DNA of 60,018 nucleotides, counting the filler. It is 6 parts of 6 records of this genome, joined end to end, with 100 filler letters (N's around TTAATTAATTAA, not from the genome) between each part and the next. Parts side by side here need not be neighbours in the genome. Positions count along the whole stretch, not along the records: positions 12,847 to 32,085 come from DRR378314_1854; positions 32,186 to 40,193 come from DRR378314_1855; 4 more parts are not named here. The stretch is one strand, 5' to 3'. Shown piece by piece: positions 27,028-38,200 of the stretch; the stretch's first letter is position 1; each line of letters opens with the position of its first letter. The translations under genes were made by a program, and so were the position numbers. The notes under the pieces were generated by a model. It did no database searches and was not told the origin of the DNA. It worked only from the letters and a program-made list of their open reading frames with translations.

Positions 27028-30000
27028 ATGAAAATGATACCTAGAGGGTTGGCTGTTTTGGGCACCCTGGCTACATCGACCCTCATTTCGTTTTTAATTG
27101 ATGGTGGAACCACCGCTACATTAGGATTCACCACAAAAGTGCTACATAGTCTCGGAGGAATATTAAAAAATAACTTGGATGGATCTTTTTTCAACCAATT
27201 ATTAGATGCCAAAAATAATTATTCCGCTGTTTTAAACCATGATCTTGAAAAGGCCTACAAGGCATCACTTAAAAATACATTTAATGAATTGAGAAAGGAG
27301 TTTTATTCCGAAGTAGGCATTTCCATTAGCCTGGTAGCGCAAATAAAAATTAGGTTCAACAATATTACCACTGAGGATTTCAATAAGAAAACATCAATTG
27401 AACGCCTATTCTTTAAGCCATTGGAACTAGCCCTATCCAATCCAGAACTAATAGACTCCATTTTTCGTGATAAAAAAGAAGTTCAACTGGATACCATTGT
27501 TAAAGATATATTGCTAAACTGCCCCAATGTGGAATATCCTTATTTCGTTGATACTGAAAAGGACAAGGAAAAATTACTGGACATTATATGTAGGGACTTC
27601 AATAAAAAATTCTTGTCCCATTTCAACAATGAACTAAAATTAAATAAGAATGCCGAGACCGTTTATCACACCAACTTACTCCAAACCTGTGTAAAGAACC
27701 TTACCGAAATCATTGATGGACAGACAGCAATTTTATCCAACCAAACCGATTTAAAAAGAGATCTAAAAGAGCTTATAAAGTTTTCCAGTTGGAACAAATT
27801 GGACATGGAAATCCTAAAAAGTCAAAATTCACAAATCCTTACCCAGATTAATGAAATAAAAGAAATACTTACAACAAACTATTCTCCAGTTCTAAAAATA
27901 TATGATAAAAGACCTGAAAATGTTAATATTAAGGACAGGTTTCTATACGAATCTCTTTTTACCAATTTCGTAGGTCGAGGAAACGAGCTAAATTTAATTT
28001 ATGACTTCCTAGAGGAAGACCAAAAATTTTCCTGGTTAATGATAGAAGGACCCAGTGGATCTGGAAAAAGTAGATTTGCCAATGAAGCATGTCTCAGAGC
28101 TAGGGATATTGGATGGGATAGTGGTTTTGCTCCTATTGGTCATAATAAAGATTATAATTGGGGCAATTTTAGACCGGTCAATGATACCTTGATCGTCTTC
28201 GACTACGTAAGGTCCAGAAAGGACGATATTCGTCATATTCTGGAATCATGCAAAATTATAGAGGATATTGCCAAAGACAAATTATTTCCAAAACTTCGAA
28301 TATTGTTATTGGAGCGGTTTTTTGATTCTAAACTGATTAATGCTCTGGACAATGTCAATGTAAGAAATAATTACTTCCGATTTAATGGACATGAAAATTT
28401 GGCTTACCCATTGCCAGAGTTGGAAGAAGATTCTCGATGGAATATCCTAAAACAAATTTTTCGAGGTAATATCCTAGAGGAAAGTTTGATAGAACAAAAA
28501 AATGAGATTCTATCCCAAATCCAACAACAAGATCCATTAAATAGACCATTGTTTACTTTTTTCAGTGGGATTGCTTTGGTGGAAGGTGAAAATATTAAAG
28601 GTTGGGATACAAATCAAAACTTACACTATCATTTAAATAGACAGGAAGTCAATTTATGGAGTAAAAACCCATTATGGGAATTACATCAGAGAGCGTTAAA
28701 GAACTTAATTTGGCTTGCTACCATGTGTGAGTACATAACTCCAAAGGATGTACTTGATTACATTGCAATCGATCAACGATTAATTGATTTTGAATTAAAT
28801 AAAAAAAATAGGGAATGCATTGAAGAACTATTTAAAGTGGTAAATGAAAAAAATGACCATGAAACATTTTACGGAATAAAGCCAGATATTTTTGGTGAGT
28901 ATTTTATTGTAAATTACTTGGAAGAAATAGAAGAAGACAGTTGGGAGTCTAGGGAGTTGGCTCCACAATTATTTGTGACATCTTTCCTTATTGACCCCGA
29001 GAATGCAGCCAGTTCCATAAGTATTACTTCGGACAATTTTTTTCACTCTAAGGGATTCAATATACTTGAGGATTTCTTGAAGACTTATTATAACGCCGAT
29101 TTCATTCCCGAGAGCATTGAGTTCGGATTTTTATTAGCAGATATTGGAAATCGTCATTATATGCAGAATAATGTCCAAGAGGCGCAAACTTACCTTTTAT
29201 TGGCAGCGGAATTGCAAACCGCATATGCATATATAGGTTTGGCTTTGATTTATCAGCACGATGGCAATTTCGACCTTGCTGTAAAATGCTTTTTGAAAGC
29301 TATACAACTCTGCGATAATGATCCTTTTTCAAATTTAAGTTGGGTTTACTATCAGTTTGCCAAATTTTATAGGGACAATAACAATTTTGAAGAAGCAAAA
29401 ATTTATTATGGTAAGGCCATGGAATTTGAAACAGAGGGCTCGCTGGAATCGATTGTAGCTTTAGCGGAATTGTTTTTGAAGGAAGGAAACGAGAAAGAGG
29501 CGGAAAGAACACTTTTGATTGGGCTGGAACGTGATGATGCCAAATCTATTCACTCCCTAGGAATTCTTAAAAGATCTCATGGGAACATGGCAGAAGCTCA
29601 GAAATATCTGCAAAATTCTTTGAATCTAAATAATTTCGAGTCTGCCATTAGTCTTGGCTTAATCTATGTTGATCAAAATGAAATTGCCCTGGCGGAACGG
29701 GTTTTTCTCAAAGCAATTAATTCTAAAGACTCAGCACCAATAGCCTATCGAAATCTAGCCTTTCTGTACTATAAGACCAATCAAAAAAAGGAACAATCAT
29801 TGGAATATATTAACCGTGCCGTTCAATTGGATGAAGATTCACTTATCAACAAATTTTGTAGACAAATAATTTATTTATGGTGTCATAAATTAAATGAATT
29901 TGATTCAAATAATAAGGAACTAGAGACGGAATATGACAAAATTGAATTGCCACTATTAGAAGAATACATATTCCACTTATTAGTTCATAGACAAATTAAT

Positions 30001-30174
30001 TACCTTTTAAAGCAATTTCGTTACGGGGTTGCTCGTGATTACCTAAAATCCTCTTTACCACTATACCATAAAACTCTAGTTTGTACTGAATTCATAGAAG
30101 GAGCAACAATTCCAGAAGACGTAACTCAATTATTCCAGGAAATAAAGAAAAGACGAAATTACTATAATGTCTAG
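27028..30174 (+). CDS. NLR/STAND-like P-loop ATPase with C-terminal TPR/Sel1 repeats
   Basis: FVGR..EL, GPSGSGKS Walker A, TLIVFD Walker B, RILLLER sensor-like strand, NRPL; C-terminal TPR-like helices (AYIGLALIY...A...F.KA, AYRNLAFLY). Confidence 0.8.
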   Translation: MKMIPRGLAVLGTLATSTLISFLIDGGTTATLGFTTKVLHSLGGILKNNLDGSFFNQLLDAKNNYSAVLNHDLEKAYKASLKNTFNELRKEFYSEVGISISLVAQIKIRFNNITTEDFNKKTSIERLFFKPLELALSNPELIDSIFRDKKEVQLDTIVKDILLNCPNVEYPYFVDTEKDKEKLLDIICRDFNKKFLSHFNNELKLNKNAETVYHTNLLQTCVKNLTEIIDGQTAILSNQTDLKRDLKELIKFSSWNKLDMEILKSQNSQILTQINEIKEILTTNYSPVLKIYDKRPENVNIKDRFLYESLFTNFVGRGNELNLIYDFLEEDQKFSWLMIEGPSGSGKSRFANEACLRARDIGWDSGFAPIGHNKDYNWGNFRPVNDTLIVFDYVRSRKDDIRHILESCKIIEDIAKDKLFPKLRILLLERFFDSKLINALDNVNVRNNYFRFNGHENLAYPLPELEEDSRWNILKQIFRGNILEESLIEQKNEILSQIQQQDPLNRPLFTFFSGIALVEGENIKGWDTNQNLHYHLNRQEVNLWSKNPLWELHQRALKNLIWLATMCEYITPKDVLDYIAIDQRLIDFELNKKNRECIEELFKVVNEKNDHETFYGIKPDIFGEYFIVNYLEEIEEDSWESRELAPQLFVTSFLIDPENAASSISITSDNFFHSKGFNILEDFLKTYYNADFIPESIEFGFLLADIGNRHYMQNNVQEAQTYLLLAAELQTAYAYIGLALIYQHDGNFDLAVKCFLKAIQLCDNDPFSNLSWVYYQFAKFYRDNNNFEEAKIYYGKAMEFETEGSLESIVALAELFLKEGNEKEAERTLLIGLERDDAKSIHSLGILKRSHGNMAEAQKYLQNSLNLNNFESAISLGLIYVDQNEIALAERVFLKAINSKDSAPIAYRNLAFLYYKTNQKKEQSLEYINRAVQLDEDSLINKFCRQIIYLWCHKLNEFDSNNKELETEYDKIELPLLEEYIFHLLVHRQINYLLKQFRYGVARDYLKSSLPLYHKTLVCTEFIEGATIPEDVTQLFQEIKKRRNYYNV

Positions 30175-30179
30175 AGTGC

Positions 30180-30896
30180 TTATTTTTTAGATTGAATGAT
30201 GTAAGGCTTATTTGTATCCAAATCCTTTTTATAAATATCAGATGACACGAATTCGTGTTGGAACCGATCCTTTGTCCGCCCATATTTCAACAGATTAACA
30301 ATCCCTGCATCATCTAAGTCTTTCCGGAGCCATTCCTCCTCAAAGGACCTATCCAGCACCACAGGAACTCGTTTTCCCTTTTCCTGTCCGTTATCATAAG
30401 GACATTCCTGTTGTGTAGTTAAAATCGCGCAATTGTAAACTCTACAACTCTCCTCATAAATTCCCGCGAATGAAAATATCGACCTACCTTCGAAGTTATC
30501 CTCATTTTTTTGGTAATAAAATCTGGGCTGATCTTTCCTATTGTAAAAATCCGGACTAAAGTAACCATCGGCAATAATTAGGCATCTCTTATTGCGGACC
30601 AATTCTGCATATTTATGGTTCTGAAGGCAATATTCACTTTCCACTTGATAAATCTTTTGAAACTGCACCGCCGTATTTAAATCCTCAGTTGGTCCCCAGT
30701 TTAAGATATTACCCCAAAAGGAAAAATTCAAATGATTGGGTCTGTCCATAGGCACTATCATAAGTTCATCGGACATATATAATCCACATTTATGATAGGT
30801 TGGAAAATAGAACCAATCCATCTCTTCCTCGAACGATCGATCGTATCTATCTATAATTTCCTCATGAAGGGCATTTAGAGAAATATGAAGACACAT
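30180..30896 (-). CDS. SOS response-associated peptidase (SRAP) family protein, divergent
   Basis: N-terminal MC, WG, KRCLIIADGYF, FSFAGIY, ILTT, RVPVVL...EEEWL. Confidence 0.82.
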   Translation of the reverse strand: MCLHISLNALHEEIIDRYDRSFEEEMDWFYFPTYHKCGLYMSDELMIVPMDRPNHLNFSFWGNILNWGPTEDLNTAVQFQKIYQVESEYCLQNHKYAELVRNKRCLIIADGYFSPDFYNRKDQPRFYYQKNEDNFEGRSIFSFAGIYEESCRVYNCAILTTQQECPYDNGQEKGKRVPVVLDRSFEEEWLRKDLDDAGIVNLLKYGRTKDRFQHEFVSSDIYKKDLDTNKPYIIQSKK

Positions 30897-31315
30897 GGTT
30901 ATTGTTTTTAGTCTAAAAATAATGAAACATCCTTATTCTTTAATCTAAAGGCTAATTTATTAGTTTCTTGGCTCATGCTGTGTTGTATAAATGTTACAAT
31001 TCTCCGGGATTCTTCGCACTTGAACGCCCCCATGGCTTTCATGCAAATTAATAGAAATTAAACAGATTCTATTTATAGCCCACCTTGATAACTATTCTGA
31101 CTCACTACAATCTGTAAATAAAGGATTATGCACAATTTGACCAAACAGAATTAACCATTATGAGGAGTAACCTAAATAAACTATTTTAGTAAATATAAAG
31201 GGAATATGGCTACCAATTATATCCAATGGTTAGGTGTTAAACAGACCTCTATAAGGTAATCTAAAAGACAAAAAATGGTATTTATGGCAATTAAAAATTT
31301 ATTAAAACTTGTATC

Positions 31316-31768
31316 ATGAAAAATATTGTTTTTGTATTACTGTTTGCAACAATACCGACTCTTACATTTGCTCAATTAAATGATGATGGTAAAGCGAGCA
31401 ATAGCTCAATCAATGAAAAAGTAGGTTCAGAATATAAAAACACTTTGATGTATAATTCTCACATACCATTTAGCCCATTTGGCATTAAGTATTCATATTG
31501 TAAATCTTGGGGGTTTTATATAAGTGCAACATATGATTTTGAGATGGTGGAGGGTGATGCATTCTTAACTGCTGGTGTTGTTAAATCTGTTTCTGAAAAA
31601 GTGCGTTGTTATTTTGGCTCAGGTTATAACCCTATTTGGGAAGAAGCAAGTGTGGAAACTGGGGTAATTTTTATTTTTGGAAATTTTGCTTTAGATATTG
31701 GAGGAGGATTTAACTTTATTGCACCTGAATATAGCTACGCAAATTTAGGGGTTGGATTTAATTTTTAA
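31316..31768 (+). CDS. Secreted small outer-membrane beta-barrel-like protein
   Basis: Signal peptide ending FAQ; alternating aromatic/Gly strands; terminal NLGVGFNF with C-terminal Phe. Confidence 0.65.
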   Translation: MKNIVFVLLFATIPTLTFAQLNDDGKASNSSINEKVGSEYKNTLMYNSHIPFSPFGIKYSYCKSWGFYISATYDFEMVEGDAFLTAGVVKSVSEKVRCYFGSGYNPIWEEASVETGVIFIFGNFALDIGGGFNFIAPEYSYANLGVGFNF

Positions 31769-32015
31769 CTAATACCTACCTAACATTTTGAATAGGTAAT
31801 GGCAGGACTGGTAAGAGCCCTGACAAGTTAAAGCACTTTTCTATTATGACGGTAAGCTACTCGAAAAATTAAATTACACAATAACATTCGCAGATTCAAG
31901 AGGAATTACTGTATTCATTTGAAATTCTAGAATGAAATTAATTTGCACACATAAATATTAAAATTTTCGATTTTAGAATACCGCCTAAACGATTGTTTAA
32001 CAGATCTTGCAAGGC

Positions 32016-32085
32016 CCCCAAATCTTACCAGAACTTAACCTGCGCCTGGATCCTATCCGATTTTTGTAGTGTTCGGGAAGATAAT
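32016..32085. repeat. att-like core plus 45-nt conserved arm (copy B, end of contig 2)
   Basis: CCCCAAATCTTACCAGAACTTAAC matches 12722-12746; TGCGCCTGGATCCTATCCGATTTTTGTAGTGTTCGGGAAGATAAT matches 26641-26685. Confidence 0.85.
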
Positions 32086-32185
32086 NNNNNNNNNNNNNNN
32101 NNNNNNNNNNNNNNNNNNNNNNNNNNNNNTTAATTAATTAANNNNNNNNNNNNNNNNNNNNNNNNNNNNNNNNNNNNNNNNNNNN
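32086..32185. other. Artificial contig spacer (bacterial to eukaryotic junction)
   Basis: Same N/TTAATTAATTAA/N linker. Confidence 0.98.
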
Positions 32186-32212
32186 GATCCCGGGCATTGA
32201 CAGGCTGTGTAC

Positions 32213-35200
32213 TTACTTGATGTAATGCAATGCCAATATTTCGTTTTCTTCCTCGGTTTTTAGATTGTCCGAGCCTCCAAGACGTACATCCGGGATGTCA
32301 TTGCAGTGGAGCAAGAATGGCTCACTGAATTTGGTGGACTTGTGTATGACGTACGAGTTCAGCAGGCTTCGAAGCGAGCGCGCGCAGACGCATAGCGGCT
32401 CACGATCTCGCCGGTACCGCTTGATCTTTCGTATGTGCGTGTGCCTCGCCTTCATTTCTCTACGATGAAGTACGATCCACTCCTTTGATGCGCAGCACTA
32501 ATAAAAGATGATAATGTGAATGCGCAAGTCTTAGGTTTCCTACTTTCATGATCCACGTACTGTATCCCGCATGCTGCGCGCAGCGTGTCCGCCTTCTTGG
32601 CTAGGGTGCGAGCCCTGCTCCATCCATTACGTCTCACCCTCCAATCTTGAATCGTCCCTGATAAAAGACAGATGTTCTCTTGCGCACAGAAGGGTATTCT
32701 CGCCGGTGGCAGTAGCGGGCCTTGATCGGTATTGTGGGTAGATGTTATGATGGATTGAAAGCATGATTGCCGCTGGCTTCGCGTTACAATCAGTCGAAAT
32801 GCCCGGTCGCTGCACGGGACACGTAATTGCTAGAAGCTCTCGCAGTTGAAGAAATTAAGATCCGTTCCTCCTATCACGGGTGATAATTCTGTATTTTTGT
32901 ACCCTTGCATCATTTCGAGGAGCTCCACCAGGTCAGTGGCGGAACGGATGGACCCTGACTGCTAGACCGGGCTCGCGCGAGTTCGCGAGCTGCGCTTCTC
33001 GTCCTCCAAGAGTACCTGCCAATCGTGTGGTCGGTACTGGCGCTGATAGTACGCGCCGGCCTGTGGAACACACGAAATTACAAAGAGTGGTGTGAAAATA
33101 ATCCGCTTCGATTAGAATGCGCTGCGTACTCCTCGTTTTCATTATCTCTTATCACTGCATCGCGTGGCGCAGATTGCAGACGGGGCTGCGCGCATGCTTC
33201 GCCTGTGCTGGCACGGCCTCGTTCGGCAAGCGCAGTCATACTTGTCTTGGATGCAAGTGAATGGGTTTTCCGAGACCTGCAACATACCATATCTAGCAAC
33301 GCCACTGTAATAATTATAGCCAGAGTCCCCAGAATGGCATGCGGAGAATACAGAATCGGATGTGTATACCCGTAGAAGAAAGAACCCCTACAAAGCATTC
33401 GCCGCGCCAGAAACCAAATGGACCGTGTCAGTTGCGATCATGCAGTCTCCTCCGCGAACCTCTCCACATATGCAAGCGTGCATGTCTTTGTGCGTGCAAC
33501 GATATTGTTCATCGTTTTCCATAAATGGGCAACGCACCGATATAGAGAATACACAAGCACAAATACGAAGAATAATACGAGCGAAAGAAGGAGCAGCCCC
33601 GAGGTTAGGACTGTGTGTTGGCGAAGTCGGAATGCGAGTTTGATGTGCACGATGAGCACGATGACAAGACTCGAAAAGAGCGAAAATGACACAAAGTCTT
33701 CGCTGCGACCTTCCTTCGATAACACTCCAGATCCATGGAATATCGCAAACGATCCATAGAAGCATGCTGCACGAGAGCAGCACAATGGCGCGAATCGATA
33801 CGCAAAGACACGACCACAGTTGTATACCAGTTGCAACCGTTAGGTATTCGCAGAGGTAGAGCGAGTGAATTGCCCTGCCCACATCCTACACACTCGCGCA
33901 AAGTGCACCCAATGTGGGAAAATATTCAAGATCGCAACTTGACTGACTTGTATTATCAGTGGTAGATCATTATACCAAAAATTAGAAACGGTGCGCCTCT
34001 GTATGCTTTGCAGAGGGGCCAGCAAGCGGCAGCAGGGATTCTGGTCAGCACATGCATGCCAGAGAAAGGGAGCATTGTGGTCTTCTGCCCGCGCACGTTA
34101 CAACCACTTGCTTTACTCAATCTTCAATACCTACATAGGTCTGCATACAATAATCAGGCGGGCTACTCCTTCTCAAAAAAAAAAAATTGAATGGATTTGG
34201 ATGAGTACACGCTAGGAGCAGACCACAGACAACCTGCAACAAAATGCCGCATAGGCTTGTCGAACGCGTCCACCCACTGCGTACCTGCCGCGTGCAGTAC
34301 GCCGCTGGCGGCCCACCGTAAAATAGTGTGGGCATTGAAAAACCCATGTTGCCTGATGTGCCCATACGTTTCTGGAAACTGCGTCCACACGGAAAGAGAA
34401 GGGGTGTGACGGGATTAGTACAAAAAAAGCTAGTGCGCACCAACCAAAGCCCAGCAGCGCAACAGCTCGGGAGAGTTGTTCCGTGGACGAAGCATCTACG
34501 CAATCCATACTTATTGCGTTTCCCTATCACACAGACATGGATACAATATGCAAAATCAGAATTCCAATAGTGGACTCTGTGAATGGCCCCACATCGTGCG
34601 TACCTTGAGCAGCATACTGTCGTCGAGGTCTTGCTCGACACAGCCAAGGAGCATCGGTGGCAAGGCGGTAAAAACCATATTGAATCCTTGAATTAGCCAC
34701 GAATCGAACAGTGTCTGCATCAAACGTTCACACAAGAGAGTGTGTGACAAATGCCATCAGTCAATATCCTGCCTCACAAAAGTTTGACACGCGCCACAGC
34801 CACACGGGCTACTCTTCTGGGCGAGAGAAGAAGGCAGCCAGAGGACTAGGACATCCATCCAACTGCGGCCGCGGGAAACGATAGCCTTTCTCTGCAAGGG
34901 CCCTTTCCCTCAACAAAAGCGCAGGAGATTTGTGAATATTGATCTCCTGTATACGAGTGGATATAAAAATAAAACTGCGAGCAAGATGATAGCGACTAGC
35001 GGGGGAGCGCTTACTATATCGGCACGTCCAGGACCTGAAAAGTAGCGCCTTGGCGAGCGTACTGCGCGACGCACCTGGGCGGAGAACCCCGTGTACAGGG
35101 AGTAGAAGAAGAGATTCAGAGTAAAAGCAATGTTTTTGTAGAAAAAGTAGTGTACTAAATCTGCCTGACGGAGTCGGCTCTGACGGCCATGAACCAATAT

Positions 35201-38200
35201 TAAGCGAGCGAGGTCTTTGAAGCGCCCAATCGCGAAATCGGCCGCGCGCACGGCCTGCAGCGTAAGCACAGAAACACCTCGCGCACATCAGTACGTATAC
35301 ACGGAACGGAGAATGCGCACAAGTAGGCCTTTCAAGAAATGCTCATCTCCAATAATTCTGCTCAGTACCCGGTACAATAGCGTATCGTATGTACGTAAGT
35401 ACGTGAGTGCGTGAAGCACAAATCAGAAGAGTAAGACAGGAATAACTGTACATGTGACGGGCTAATTGCGCCCGGTACGTGGCGCAGCGCGAGGTCCGTC
35501 AACGAAGCAGCGCATGATGGTACCAAAGGAAGTTACGGGCTTCCCTATCCCCGCTTCGCAGGAATGCGCTGAAATTAGCCAGTGCACCCTACAGAAACCT
35601 ACGAATATCTCCCCCTCCACAAAATCGAAGCCTCACGCGTGATCGAGTCCTATTGCCAAGATGCTTTTTGTTCGAGTTGTAAGCAAAAAGAGGACCACTG
35701 TGTTGCAGCATTTCGCTTGCCAACGTCGCCAAGCGCGCGATGCGACTCGCGCGGCGGCTCGCAGCAGCGCCCCACGGGCCCCTGCCGCATTGGTGCATAC
35801 CGCGTGGTGGAAACAAATCTCCATTGTGTACATCCTAATCCTTACCTGTGTTCCCTCTTCACCTGCGACGCCGACGCCGACGTCTGCTTTTGTGATCATG
35901 GCGACGTCGTTTGCCCCGTCACCAATAGCAAGAACATGAGCGGAAGTAAACTCCTTCACCAGCACCACAATGTCAGATTTTTGTTTCGGTGTGACACGGC
36001 AGCATATCACAGCATGTGCATGCGACAAAACCTAGGAAACGATCGTACCAAGAGGCCGGGCGTAGCACACGATTTCCGGTCAGCGAAAATGAAATCACGA
36101 ATCCGTTGCACGGTGCAACTGCGCTGTCAAGGAACAGTCGGTTTGCCATTCAAAAAGGTCAGTACAACCCTTGATCATTCCGATACACTTACTTTTGTGC
36201 TACAATTGCTATTCGCCACACTATGGAGACTAAGAATAGCCCTCCCGCCGTCGACACTTCCCACATTCCCTGCTGCGATGGACCCGCCCCCACGTATTTT
36301 CGTTTGCAGAAGCAACGCCCCTAAATTCCTGAGAGACTCTGTCGTCGGGTTGCGCAGGATTGTCACACACCTTGAAGAATTTATCTCGATACGATGAGGT
36401 AAGTAGGACCCGCAGCGCTCCTCCTGATACCACAATTGACCGATTGTGCCCACTCGACTCGTATTCTGCGAGCAAGTGTTCGACTTGTCGGATGCATGCG
36501 GATTCCGTTGACGCATGTACCCGGTCAATGTCACGTCCCCGTGCTAACAAGCCGCAGGAATACCCAATGTTGATAGCGGTCTCCATTTTATCACCTGTCA
36601 GCATCCAGAACTTGATTTTTGCGCGAAGAAACCGACGAATCGTCTGCAACACGTGACAATGGGGAAAGGTCCTTGTCATTGCACTATCTAAGGTTTGCAT
36701 GACTGCTGCTTTTCTTCATTCGTCTGTTCCTCCCAGCACGCTGAAATTCTAGAGGCCCAAGGGTATCCTCTCGCTCATATATTCCTCGATGTACAACCCA
36801 ACTCATAACTGATTGTCTATCTTTCTTATGTGGAAGTGATATAACGGGAAACATCATGTCGAGAACAATACCTGCTCTGCATGGGCTTGAAGTCGGTCTT
36901 CTACCGCTGTGCAGCCCATGAGCGTGAGGTCGCGCTCGATTTCCGCCGAGACGCGAGCGACTTCGCGTTCCCTATTTGTCAACGAAGAGGAAGCAATGAC
37001 AAACCGCTCTTCCCAAGCGGTGTATGTCGGTAGATCAATATCACGATAAGCGTACACCAGCGTCCGAAGCCCCGATTCGGCGCATGCTTCGATATGCGCC
37101 TTGGTGGCCCGCAGAAGGGAGGGGGAATTGCTTTCCGCAAGATTGGCGAGCACAACGCTGTCAGCGCCCTTGACGTACAAGCGAATGGTCCCGTCCGGAA
37201 GTCGAACAACTACAGACATGCGACATCGCTCACTCGTAAACTCAAGCGTATTAAGTATTTCGTAGGAAATCGCTTGTTTGCCTTCCGCCAGTAGCACGTG
37301 CATGCCACTTCGTCGAAGTAGGGTGACTTGAAAATCTGACGCGGCGGTTACCAGCGCAACCTCGTCGGGACTTTGTGCACGATACTGAATTTGTGACTGG
37401 CCATCGATGGTTTCAAATGTGCCCGCGTCGCTCTCAGCATTTACAAAGGTATTGGTATCGTCAGCGTTTTGAAGTGAACCCGGTGCTCTTGCGCTGGCTT
37501 GCATTGAAGCGCGACTGGAACTTGGCGGCGCACGTTGCGATGGAGTCTGGTCAGCGGCAGAGAGCGTACATTGTCCAGTGGGAGAATGAATGCCATCGCC
37601 CTGCGCATTGTCACCCGATTCCGAGACGAACGTCCTTGGTGTGACACTCCGTCCCTTCGCACTATCATCGGCATGACCCTTGGGAAATGTAAGAGGTGTC
37701 GGCCGAAGGAAGCTAAGCCTGTCAAATTCTGGTGCAAGCGCTTCCTTGGTAAGAATGGACGAGTGTGCGTATGGTCGAGCGCGTCCGTTTTGCCGCGGAC
37801 TTTCCGCTCCAAGTCGTGGATCTCGCCCGTCACCATCAAAATGGTTCGGAGGTATTGCACACGAGGAAAATTGAGAAGTACTTCTCAAGTCCCTTTTCTG
37901 CCCACTAGAGGTAATCACAGATGAGCTTACGCAAACAGAGATTGGATTCGGTGATCGTTCGACGGCGTTGGCGATTGAATGCCGCCGCCTCTTTGCGTAC
38001 GTCGTAGTTCCATCACCAATGTCGCTGCGCTTCTCCGCATGGACTGTGTGACACAGGGCCATTGCGCGGAAGAATTCACGTATTGAGTCTCTGCGCTCAT
38101 TGGCAGATGCAGTGAACATAGCATTGTACAATTCTCCTGCCATATCAACAGCATCAAACATCTCGCCTGCGATGGAGCACCGAACAAATTCCATCCGATT

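Larger units (their letters stand above)
12847..32085. mobile_element. Integrase-associated genomic (defence) island, probably composite
   Basis: Integrase 3' end at left, att-like repeats at 26620-26685 and 32016-32085, cargo of R-M, RT, Fic, STAND-like ATPase and SRAP genes. Confidence 0.75.

Noticed and set aside
26620-32085. CRISPR array or IS terminal repeats
   Set aside because: Only two to three copies, kilobases apart, in direct orientation; no cas or transposase gene.
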